Positions 9,233-17,458 of a stretch of DNA of 36,252 bases are shown here, piece after piece. The notes beneath the pieces were generated by a model. That model worked only from the letters and a program-made list of their open reading frames with translations, was not told the DNA's origin and searched no databases. How positions within the stretch are numbered: position 1 is the stretch's first letter; each line of letters starts with the position of its first letter. Source of the DNA: an archaeon (GTDB lineage: Archaea; Asgardarchaeota; Heimdallarchaeia; Hodarchaeales; S146-22). A program made the position numbers and the translations under genes. The stretch is from positions 1 to 36,252 of the forward strand of contig JAJRXH010000754.1 in assembly GCA_024276395.1 (NCBI GenBank), in the 5' to 3' direction.

Positions 9233-10255
9233 ATGAACGGCATCATCCACATGAAGGCGAATGCTTACAAGAAATTCCTAGAATTCGCCATGAAACACGC
9301 ACATCCAAAATTGCCACGCTCCCAATGGCAAGAAGTCCTAGGAGTGCTAGTAGGTAGATTTACGGAAGACCATATTGTCATCATTACTGACGTCATCCCT
9401 CTTGCTGTAGGGTCTGGATATCACGTTGAAGTTCACGACTACACGAAAATCTTCTCCGTTCTTCCACCAGAACGAATGGAAAGAGGAGAATTCATCGTTG
9501 GATGGATTCACACGCATCCCGGCCTGGGGTTATTCCTCTCAAGCACCGACGTCCACACGCAATCTCTATATCAAAAACTCGACTCACGAAGCGTTGCCAT
9601 CGTGTGCGATCCCACGAAAATCTCACCTTCATATCCAGGAATGAAAGCCTTTAGGATAAAAACTGTAAACAACTTGATGACCTCTTCATTACAAGAAATA
9701 CCCCTCATCATCACGGAAATGGAAGAAAAAGATTTCACTACCATTCACCAACATATCGCTGACCAGCTGCTAAGAAAGAAAATGATCCCAATCATCACGA
9801 CACTTCCACCACGTGAAGCAACAAGAAGGCTGTACTTGTCTCCAGATGAACTCTTGAGAACCGTGGTCATCCATAACTGGGGTGAAGAAAGCACGATTAC
9901 TCTTCAATGGATTTGTCCACATCCCAAAAAGGACCTAGAAATCAACGTGAAATTGACTCCCAACGATTCAATGCCACTTTCTTTTCCAGAAAAAGATATC
10001 AACTCCCAACATTCGATCGATCTTGGTGCCACCCCTACTGATTTTGCTACCTCCGTTAAGGAAGATTTCTTGACGAGTTTCACGGAAATACACTTGAAAG
10101 TGCAAACTCCTCCACCCAATGAATGGCCGCCAAGATTATTGCTTCCAGTCATCCCGCTAGCAACCTGGACACTGCCTAATGAAATGATCAAGAATTTGCA
10201 AATCATCATCACCAAGGGAAGCTGCTTCACCTATCCCCCCCTTTTGGTCACATGA
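9233..10255 (+). CDS. JAB1/MPN/Mov34 (JAMM, MPN+) metalloprotease with ~200-aa uncharacterised C-terminal extension
   Basis: Upstream Glu in QEVLGVLVGR and an exact JAMM motif HTHPGLGLFLSSTD (HxHx7Sx2D). I chose ATG 9233 (MNGIIHMKANAY). The longer track ORF from 9044 overlaps the divergent eL42 gene. Confidence 0.8.
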   Translation: MNGIIHMKANAYKKFLEFAMKHAHPKLPRSQWQEVLGVLVGRFTEDHIVIITDVIPLAVGSGYHVEVHDYTKIFSVLPPERMERGEFIVGWIHTHPGLGLFLSSTDVHTQSLYQKLDSRSVAIVCDPTKISPSYPGMKAFRIKTVNNLMTSSLQEIPLIITEMEEKDFTTIHQHIADQLLRKKMIPIITTLPPREATRRLYLSPDELLRTVVIHNWGEESTITLQWICPHPKKDLEINVKLTPNDSMPLSFPEKDINSQHSIDLGATPTDFATSVKEDFLTSFTEIHLKVQTPPPNEWPPRLLLPVIPLATWTLPNEMIKNLQIIITKGSCFTYPPLLVT

Positions 10256-10522
10256 ACCCATCGCAATTACAACAAAATAACCAAAACACGATGATGAATG
10301 AGTGGGAAAAAGGAGAACTCACGATCGTCGAACATCACGAACTTCCAAGTTAACTGGAATAAAAATGAATGAATCAACAACGATCCTTCGTTCTTTATCT
10401 AAAACATAATGATTCAAAAGGGATAAGAAAATCGTGCTCATGATACCCGTGCTCACGTTCGCACGACAAATAACTGGGGAAAAGAAGGGGAGAGAAAAAT
10501 TCTCTTTCTCTCATCTTCCCTT

Positions 10523-10798
10523 CTAATAATGCTTTCTTTCATCTTTTGAGCGAATGTGAACCACTCCTCGATGAACTGCACAATTCACGCAATAATATAC
10601 GATCTCTGGAATTCGGGGAACATAAACCTTTTGCCTTCTTAATTCACGGCCAATCTGATAATCAACGAGCGTTTTGTATCGGGTTCTTCTTTTCGCCTTT
10701 CCGCGTGGTACCCGTTTCCCGCACATTGAACAGGCCACGTATTCGTCTCGTCCTTTAGATCCTTTGGATCTTCCTCCAGATTTTCTTTTCTTTGGCAT
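10523..10798 (-). CDS. rps26e: Ribosomal protein eS26 (S26e)
   Basis: MPKKRKSGGRSKGSKGRDEYVACSMCGKRVPRGKA...YYCVNCAVHRGVVHIRSKDERK matches the eS26 pattern KKRRNxGRxKxGRG..C..C...VP.DKA...YC.SCAIH..VVR.RS. Confidence 0.85.
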   Translation of the reverse strand: MPKKRKSGGRSKGSKGRDEYVACSMCGKRVPRGKAKRRTRYKTLVDYQIGRELRRQKVYVPRIPEIVYYCVNCAVHRGVVHIRSKDERKHY

Positions 10799-11476
10799 TT
10801 CACTTTTCTCCGTTCACGGTTGTCAACATTTCTTTCTTCGTGGTTGTTTTGCTCATGTCCACAACCATTTCCATCATTTATCAAAGTTTCCTCTCAAGAA
10901 GATCTTCACGCAACATTGGTAACAGGCAAACACATCAACCGGAATGAAGCCTAAAAAGCTGCACACCAGCTTCGAAGGGAAAAACAACTCCCGATTGCAC
11001 TCTCGACTAAATTGAGGCACGTGAATGAACCCTCTTGCACGCGCAGCACGCCACTCGCATAAGGAACCACATCCAACGACCCAGTTTTCCAAACTCTGTT
11101 ATTTAAGAAACACGCCCAAGTTTTTACTAATGCTCACCCACGTGAGGAAGCATGCCGATTAATCGTGAAAAAAGGAAGCAGATCTGTTGCTTTTTGTTGG
11201 CAGGAGCTCCGAACAAGGCGACGATGTTCCCCTTTAATCCGTTTTTCATCGGCACATTTTGAGAAATAACGAACCTTGAAAATGAGGGTTCAATGGTGTC
11301 CAACTTTTTCGCAAAGCCTTAGGATCCGTGTTTCTTCACATCGAGAGAGATTCTAACACCCCTTGGAACCATTCGGCACGTCTACATCAATCTGAGGGGT
11401 CCCAATCGCTTCTCTCCAAGTGTCATCGCGTTCCAATGAAGATCCTCCCTATAATTCTAAGAAAAAGAGAAAATAA

Positions 11477-11579
11477 TGGCGCGGCCGGTGGGATTCGAAC
11501 CCACGGCCTCCTGATCCGAAGTCAGGCGCACTCTCTGGTCTTTTTTTGGCGAAAGATATCCAGGCTGTGCTACGGCCGC
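11477..11579 (-). tRNA. tRNA-Arg(UCG): tRNA-Arg (anticodon UCG) with ~25-nt insertion (intron) in the D-loop; CCA encoded
   Basis: Reverse complement: GCGGCCG UA GCAC AGCCUGG[AUAUCUUUCGCCAAAAAAAGACCAG]AGA GUGC G CCUGA CUUCGGA UCAGG AGGCC GUGGG UUCGAAU CCCAC CGGCCGC G CCA. The acceptor, anticodon and T arms are all perfectly paired. Confidence 0.85.
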
Positions 11580-11730
11580 TATTTTATTTCTTTACAATTG
11601 AGCATGTAACCATTGCTAGTAATTCAATAAAAGGATTTATGTTGTTCTCCGTCGATGCAAAGTATATTAAAAAGCCACATATATTAACTAAATAGAACAG
11701 AGGCATCCCCGACAAACGGAGCGCACGTCC

Positions 11731-12531
11731 ATGACAGATGAATTTCCGTATAAAATAGAGACCACGAAAAAATTCGGACAAATTTTACCAGATGACTTGA
11801 TCAGAAATCAAGTTGACGTGAAACACGTGACGAACCAAGCCAGAACCATCGTGTTGACCCAAGGGCTTGGAAAGGCTCCATTGAAGAGACGACATGATGC
11901 TCTTGCCTTTCACTTCCTTGATAAAGCACGAGTGGTTCTGATGCTCGTGGAAACACAAGACCACAAGGAAACAGCGATGAAGACGCTTGAATTTCTTCAG
12001 AAATATCTTGAAATCAATGAAGATCATCAATTACCGAGGAACTTGCCGCAATGGGAAGAACTCATCACGAATCTCTTTTTAAGAATGAATGAACATTTTT
12101 TTACAGATTCATTATTTTTAAACGCTAAACTCTCATTAGTTTTGGGTTATCTGAAAAGAAATGACTTTTACTGGACATCTATAGGAAAAAATCACATCTT
12201 TCACTTTGATTTAACTCGAAAAACCATTGATCCTTTTAGTGCTCGGATCAATTATCCCAGAGCACAGTTTTTACCAGCGGACATCAATGCTGAAAAAATG
12301 AAAGCACGAATGGAATCAGGTCATCTTACCGTCATTTCTAATCATTCGCTAATCATAGCTTCTGATGGCGTGATTTCGGCCAGAGGTGGCATTGAGGTCA
12401 TTCGATCACATGATCTGTTTCAGATCATCCGTCACAAGCGAACTGCACTCTCATCAGCCCACGAAATCGTAAAAAAAATGAAAGAGATTGGTTCCAGAGA
12501 AAATTTTGCGTTCATAACCATCAAAACATGA
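11731..12531 (+). CDS. Hypothetical protein, possibly a degenerate PP2C/SpoIIE-fold (PPM-like) domain
   Basis: The block order resembles PPM phosphatases (RHDALAFHF; VLMLVETQDH; WTSIGKNHIFHF; LIIASDGVIS; SRENFAFITI), but the metal-binding Asp/Gly motifs are mostly substituted. Confidence 0.35.
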   Translation: MTDEFPYKIETTKKFGQILPDDLIRNQVDVKHVTNQARTIVLTQGLGKAPLKRRHDALAFHFLDKARVVLMLVETQDHKETAMKTLEFLQKYLEINEDHQLPRNLPQWEELITNLFLRMNEHFFTDSLFLNAKLSLVLGYLKRNDFYWTSIGKNHIFHFDLTRKTIDPFSARINYPRAQFLPADINAEKMKARMESGHLTVISNHSLIIASDGVISARGGIEVIRSHDLFQIIRHKRTALSSAHEIVKKMKEIGSRENFAFITIKT

Positions 12532-12622
12532 AGGAACGAACTGACCGACATGGAAAAAGCATAGAAATTTATCCGTGGCTTTTCTTATCTTCCTTTCGTC
12601 TCGAAGTCGTGAGTACCTTCCG

Positions 12623-12976
12623 CTAATAACGAGGGATGGAAGGATCAACCTCACGTGAATAGGCGTCAATACCTCCTACAAGATTTTTCACTTGATCAAA
12701 GCCCATCGATTTCAAGTAAGCCACGGCTTGAGCCGATCGCCTTCCATGATGACAATAAACAATGATGAGTTGATTTTTGTTTAAGGCATTTAGGTGTCGT
12801 GGAAGGACTGGCAATGGAATCAACTTGGAACTAGGAATGCGACAGATGCGGTATTCGTGAGGATTTCTCACATCAATGAGTTGCAATTCTTCGCCATTAT
12901 TTAACAATTCTGCCAATTCTGAGGGAGTAATTTCGTCATCTCGTGGAGTTTTTTTCATCATTCTAAAAAATTTCAT
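12623..12976 (-). CDS. Single-domain rhodanese-like sulfurtransferase
   Basis: ITPSELAELL...LQLIDVRNPHEY, active-site loop VYCHHGRRS and C-terminal GGIDAY. ATG 12976 is preceded by a GGTGA Shine-Dalgarno-like motif. The track start is GTG 12988. Confidence 0.85.
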   Translation of the reverse strand: MKFFRMMKKTPRDDEITPSELAELLNNGEELQLIDVRNPHEYRICRIPSSKLIPLPVLPRHLNALNKNQLIIVYCHHGRRSAQAVAYLKSMGFDQVKNLVGGIDAYSREVDPSIPRY

Positions 12977-13135
12977 TGCATCACCCACCCTAAATCATCA
13001 ATTGTCCAAGAATGCTATTGAATTCACCGTTTCGCGAAAGTACCAACAAACAGCACGTTAATCACGTGAGTGACTCACGAACTAAATCTCCTTTTTCTGA
13101 AAGAAAAAATGAAGGAAACTAGTACATTAAGACAT

Positions 13136-14119
13136 TTAATGATCATTAATCAACTTCACGTGGTACGTTTCCTTTTTTACTACCATTGGTTCTTCAGAAG
13201 TCGCCACGTAATAGTGAAGCGTGCTGGAATTAGAAACAGCAGCACACTGGCCTCGTGCATCCATTGTTAAGACTTGTAACACTCCACTAGTCTCTAGCAG
13301 AGATAATTCTTGAAGGCCTTTCCGTGCTGCATCTAACGGTGACATTCCCATCGAAAGATAAGCCACCACCAACCGTGCTAGTCCAAGGCGAATAGCCAGT
13401 TCACCAGTACCAACACAAGCAGCCGCACCATATCGACGATCACAGTAATTTCCAGCACCTATGACGGGACTATCGCCAGCTCTTCCCGGGAACTTGAGAG
13501 CGAGACCACTAGTGGAGACGCCGCTACATAGTTCACCCGAGGTATCGAGAGCAATGACATTAACCGTGCCATGATACTCTTCGGACAATTTCAGGTACCA
13601 ACCGCGATAATCAAAAGAAGCTAACTGTTCCTTGATGTATTTATCATATCGCCACGCCAATTGTTCTATTTCCTGAGGAACTTTCAGGCCATCTAGCATT
13701 TTCTTTCCTTTCATGATATTTTGATGATAAATCTTGACTTCTTCATCATACAATTGGTCAGTCGGAGAAAAACCAATCGCTTGGGCAAAGCGCTCTGCAC
13801 CTTCTCCCACCAAAAGGACGTGAGGTGTTAACTCCATCACCTTCCGAGCAATGGAAATGGGATGACGATAATGCTTGATGCCGGCAACGGCACCTGCGGC
13901 ACGTGTAGAGCCAATCATAATGGAGGCATCCAGCTCCACTTCACCAAGTAGGTTGGGGAAGCCATTGTATCCAACACTCCAATCTAAGGGATTGTCCTCC
14001 ACTTCCTTGATGACCGCTTCTACGGCATCAACGGCAGAACCACCTTCTTCTAAAATGTTCCTTCCAATTTCTAGGTATTTTCCCGCGTTCCTTGTCCCGC
14101 AGATTGCCCAGTGTTTCAC
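13136..14119 (-). CDS. Ntn-hydrolase of the asparaginase_2 family (isoaspartyl peptidase / L-asparaginase / glycosylasparaginase-like)
   Basis: Autoprocessing/nucleophile motif HGTVNVIALD and GVSTSGLALKFPGRAGDSPVIGAGNYCD match the plant-type asparaginase/taspase family. Confidence 0.8.
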   Translation of the reverse strand: MKHWAICGTRNAGKYLEIGRNILEEGGSAVDAVEAVIKEVEDNPLDWSVGYNGFPNLLGEVELDASIMIGSTRAAGAVAGIKHYRHPISIARKVMELTPHVLLVGEGAERFAQAIGFSPTDQLYDEEVKIYHQNIMKGKKMLDGLKVPQEIEQLAWRYDKYIKEQLASFDYRGWYLKLSEEYHGTVNVIALDTSGELCSGVSTSGLALKFPGRAGDSPVIGAGNYCDRRYGAAACVGTGELAIRLGLARLVVAYLSMGMSPLDAARKGLQELSLLETSGVLQVLTMDARGQCAAVSNSSTLHYYVATSEEPMVVKKETYHVKLINDH

Positions 14120-14264
14120 TGCAGTTCACCACGATATTCCCATTCCAAGCTCCCTTCTCTCCTTTCCCTTAATAATTGTTCCTCTTTTGCCCTACTGCCC
14201 ATGCCGACACGTTAATAGGACACGCAATGATACCTTTACATGACGAAATGGGTGACACTGCTCG

Positions 14265-15125
14265 ATGAACGAATCGAATTTAATCATAGATGCCATTGGC
14301 CATGAAGTTCCACGTGATGAATATCAACGAGTGATTTCTCTCGTGCCAAGCATCACGGAAACACTTTTCGATTTCGGACTCGAAGAAAAGATCATCGGAG
14401 TTACCCGCTATTGCATCCATCCCTCCAAGGCTCAAGATCCGCCACGGGTGATCGTCGGGGGAAGTAAAAGTCCCAAAATCAATCTCATTAAGAAATTACA
14501 ACCTGATCTGGTAATCGTCAACAAGGAAGAGCAAAAATTAGAACATGTTCAACAATTACAACAATTTACTACCGTTTTCGTGACTTATCCGCGCACCGTG
14601 CAAGATTCTCTAACAATGCTCAATCAGCTTGCTCTTCTTCTAATGATTGAAGACGATCTCTCCGTGCAACGGATCATTTTTGAAACAGAAAAGATCATCA
14701 GGGAAGTCAAGACTTGGACAAGCACGATTGATGTCGCTGAAAAACCACGCGTGTTTTGTCCCATCTGGAAAAACCCTTGGATGACCATCAATCATGATAC
14801 TTACATTCACGACCTCATCGAAACAGCAGGCGGATGGAATGTCTTCCGCAATGAAAACGATCGTTATCCAGTCATTTCACTCCACAAGATCCGCCAACGA
14901 GAACCAGAAATGATTCTACTTCCAAGTGAACCCTATAACTTTACCCGAATGGAAGCTAACGAACTCTGCAACATCTTTCAACCAGAAAACGTGAAATCAA
15001 GTAAAATGGCATTCCATTTGGTTGATGGCAGCTACCTTAGCTGGTATGGATCACGGACAAGAAGAGGATTAATGATAATTCACGAGATCATCCGTCAACA
15101 CTACGAAAAAACAAGCAAGCGATGA
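14265..15125 (+). CDS. TroA/BtuF-like periplasmic-binding-protein fold (cobalamin/iron-chelate binding family), no obvious signal peptide
   Basis: VISLVPSITETLFDFGLEEKIIGVTRYC, LQPDLVIVNKE and EPEMILLPSEPY are typical of class III substrate-binding proteins. Confidence 0.55.
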   Translation: MNESNLIIDAIGHEVPRDEYQRVISLVPSITETLFDFGLEEKIIGVTRYCIHPSKAQDPPRVIVGGSKSPKINLIKKLQPDLVIVNKEEQKLEHVQQLQQFTTVFVTYPRTVQDSLTMLNQLALLLMIEDDLSVQRIIFETEKIIREVKTWTSTIDVAEKPRVFCPIWKNPWMTINHDTYIHDLIETAGGWNVFRNENDRYPVISLHKIRQREPEMILLPSEPYNFTRMEANELCNIFQPENVKSSKMAFHLVDGSYLSWYGSRTRRGLMIIHEIIRQHYEKTSKR

Positions 15126-15279
15126 ACAACAAGAAAAAAAATATGGAAAGTTGATGCTGATGTGAAAACTAAAAAATCGTTCAAGAGAAATGAGATGTTT
15201 CAAAAAGCATCGTAATCTGTAAATGAAGAAATAACTCGGAAAAACATAAGAACGGAAAAACTTGTTGAGTGGAAAACAC

Positions 15280-15714
15280 ATGAAACCCTTGAATGAAATG
15301 ACAGTCGAAGAAGACAAAACCGAAAGAACATTCACTTGGCATGCGCATCGCTTAAGCGGAATCATCATCATATTACTGTTAGGATTCCATACGATCTCCG
15401 TATTGACTGAAAGAGGCGCAACCATCGATTCCATTCAATCTCGAATAGGCAACGCGGATTATATAATCATTAATGTTCTCATGCTCCTCATTGTCCTCTT
15501 TCATGGACTTAATGGTGTCCGATTAATGGCTTACGAAGTCATTGATCGCATCTGGCCCACTAAAGACGGCATTACATCTCAAGAGACCACTATGAATCTC
15601 CGAAAAAAAAGAAAAATGAAACATCTCGTCACGTTGACACTGCTTCTCATCGGCACGCTTCTCACCCTTTATGGCACCAGTTTTCTCGTCCTATTAAAAA
15701 TGAAAGCAGCCTAA
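15280..15714 (+). CDS. sdhC: SdhC-like membrane anchor (succinate dehydrogenase/fumarate reductase cytochrome b subunit family)
   Basis: AHRLSGIIIILLLGFH and LFHGLNGVRLM resemble the SdhC HRxSG and HxxxGxR motifs, with three hydrophobic helices. I chose the ATG at 15280; the track start is TTG 15262. Confidence 0.5.
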   Translation: MKPLNEMTVEEDKTERTFTWHAHRLSGIIIILLLGFHTISVLTERGATIDSIQSRIGNADYIIINVLMLLIVLFHGLNGVRLMAYEVIDRIWPTKDGITSQETTMNLRKKRKMKHLVTLTLLLIGTLLTLYGTSFLVLLKMKAA

Positions 15715-15727
15715 CCACCACGAATTG

Positions 15728-16168
15728 ATGGAGGAACTGATACATATGTTCTCATCTTCAGCACGAATGCTCATGTACTGGATAAAATTGGCACGAAATG
15801 ACTTTCAAGCACATACTGAGAAAAGAATCCAACAAATCACGGGAATCTACATGGTGCTAGACATCATTGGACACATCTTAAACGTGGGACTCAGCGTTTT
15901 CCTCCCGGCGCAATATCAAGTAAACATTCTCTTGTTCACTGCCACTGTCCTTGGTCAAGCATATAACCTGCTTCTTTTCACGGTCTATTGTCTGCATGGA
16001 ACTAACGGAATCGGAATCATCATCAAAGATTATGGTATTGGCGGATCGTGGCAACAAGGCTTCATCACGATCATCCGAATAATTGCCTTCATTTTCTGGA
16101 TGCTCGGACTTAGTTACCTCTTGGCAGGCTATATAGGACTCGGTTTTGGCGTTCCTTCCATTGTCTAA
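15728..16168 (+). CDS. sdhD: SdhD-like membrane anchor subunit
   Basis: RIQQITGIYMVLDIIGH and CLHGTNGIGIIIKDY resemble the SdhD H...G....I.DY motif. The gene lies directly downstream of the SdhC-like gene. Confidence 0.5.
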   Translation: MEELIHMFSSSARMLMYWIKLARNDFQAHTEKRIQQITGIYMVLDIIGHILNVGLSVFLPAQYQVNILLFTATVLGQAYNLLLFTVYCLHGTNGIGIIIKDYGIGGSWQQGFITIIRIIAFIFWMLGLSYLLAGYIGLGFGVPSIV

Positions 16169-16205
16169 ACCGTCCTCATTCGATTGTCTAAACCGTCCTC
16201 ATTCG
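16160..16205. repeat. Perfect 23-bp tandem duplication spanning the stop codon of the SdhD-like gene
   Basis: attgtctaaaccgtcctcattcg occurs twice back to back (16160-16182 and 16183-16205). Confidence 0.95.
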
Positions 16206-16325
16206 CTGAGAATGACCAAGAAGAAGCCACTCCCGTCTTCCCATCAATCATGACAATATATAAGAACGTGCTCTCAGATAAAGTATCATGGGCAAAGGTC
16301 ACCTCTTGAAAAAACGCTATTTGGG

Positions 16326-16433
16326 AGCGGCGTGGGCTAGCCAGGCCTAGAATTCTGCCATGGCTGGCAGTATGGGCAAGCCGCCGGGCTCATAACCCGG
16401 AGATCCCTGGTTCAAATCCAGGCGCCGCTACCA
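16326..16433 (+). tRNA. tRNA-iMet(CAU): Initiator tRNA-Met (CAU) with ~30-nt insertion (intron) in the D-loop; CCA encoded
   Basis: AGCGGCG UG GGCU AGCCAGG[CCUAGAAUUCUGCCAUGGCUGGCAGUAUGG]GCA AGCC G CCGGG CUCAUAA CCCGG AGAUC CCUGG UUCAAAU CCAGG CGCCGCU A CCA. The A1:U72 pair and three G:C pairs closing the anticodon stem are archaeal initiator hallmarks. Confidence 0.85.
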
Positions 16434-16570
16434 GCGGCCTTATTTTTCTTTTCATAATATTTTTATTTATCCTCATTTGGTGTTTTTTTGCTGTCATTCA
16501 AATGTTTTTCATTTTCATTGAACACGACAAAGATGCGCGGGAAAGTTGCGATATAATACTCATTCACCTA

Positions 16571-16604
16571 ATTTCTCTTGAAAAGCAATTTCTCTTGAAA
16601 GGCA
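16571..16604. repeat. 17-bp tandem duplication (1 mismatch)
   Basis: atttctcttgaaaagca followed by atttctcttgaaaggca. Confidence 0.9.
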
Positions 16605-16617
16605 CGCACGTTAATCT

Positions 16618-16653
16618 TAATCTCAATGATACTATAATCTCAATGATACTATA
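16618..16653. repeat. Perfect 17-bp tandem duplication
   Basis: aatctcaatgatactat occurs twice (16619-16635 and 16636-16652). Confidence 0.95.
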
Positions 16654-17458
16654 TAATTAATCATATATTTTCTAACAATTAAGAGATCGTCCGTGCAACA
16701 TCCTTCATTTTCCGTCATTCTTCCAAACAACGGATTCTTGGTATGACTAAAAGTAAACATGTGAGAAAACCTTAACATATCAATAATTCTGCCAACAAAT
16801 ACTTATCATGGAAAATCTTCCAACAATCATCTCCATCAAAGGCAGGAAAAGAAAACGCTAGCCTCTTATTTTTAACATCAACATGGAACTAAAGAATGAG
16901 TGGGATGGCAACAACACAAGATCTTAAAAATACATTCAAATATCTGTTAACACGTAAGATTTTACAACATTACATTCTCTCTTTTACCCAAATGAAGGAT
17001 GTGACAACAATGGATTCTAGAACGTATTAAAAATCGCAACACATCCCTCCTATGATCAATTCAGATGAACGGATTCTAAAAACATCAAGAATTCATCTCT
17101 CAAAACACATCATCACACTAAATGTCAAGATGCTGTGCTGCGGGCAAATCTTTGTTGCTTTCTCTGATATCAATCTGATATTCACTCCAATGCTCTATCT
17201 AAACATTTCTCACTTGAAAACAAGTTTTTCAAGGAAGAAAGGAAGAAAATATAAGCTATCTAAACTACCTTCAATGATTTGAAGGTAATTGAATTGAATC
17301 CATCAACAATCACATCATAAAGCATGTAAATAAAAAATGTGAAAAAATCCATACAAAAATAACCTACCAAAAACAAAATACCAACAAAATAACGATACTA
17401 AAACGAATGAATCACTTAACAAGTAAAAAATGACATCAAAAAGAGGCAGGTAACTAAT

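Noticed and set aside
10874-11092. 72-aa ORF (minus strand) in the eS26 to tRNA-Arg gap
   Set aside because: The peptide is Cys/Phe/Trp-rich with no motif or start context. I treat it as noncoding and report the gap separately.
16160-16653. CRISPR array hypothesis for the short repeats
   Set aside because: Each repeat has exactly two directly adjacent copies without spacers. The units differ from each other and no cas genes are present.
17052-17282. 76-aa ORF upstream of EF-2
   Set aside because: It has AT-rich, low-complexity, Leu/Ile/Lys-biased composition typical of a random ORF in spacer DNA, and no motif.
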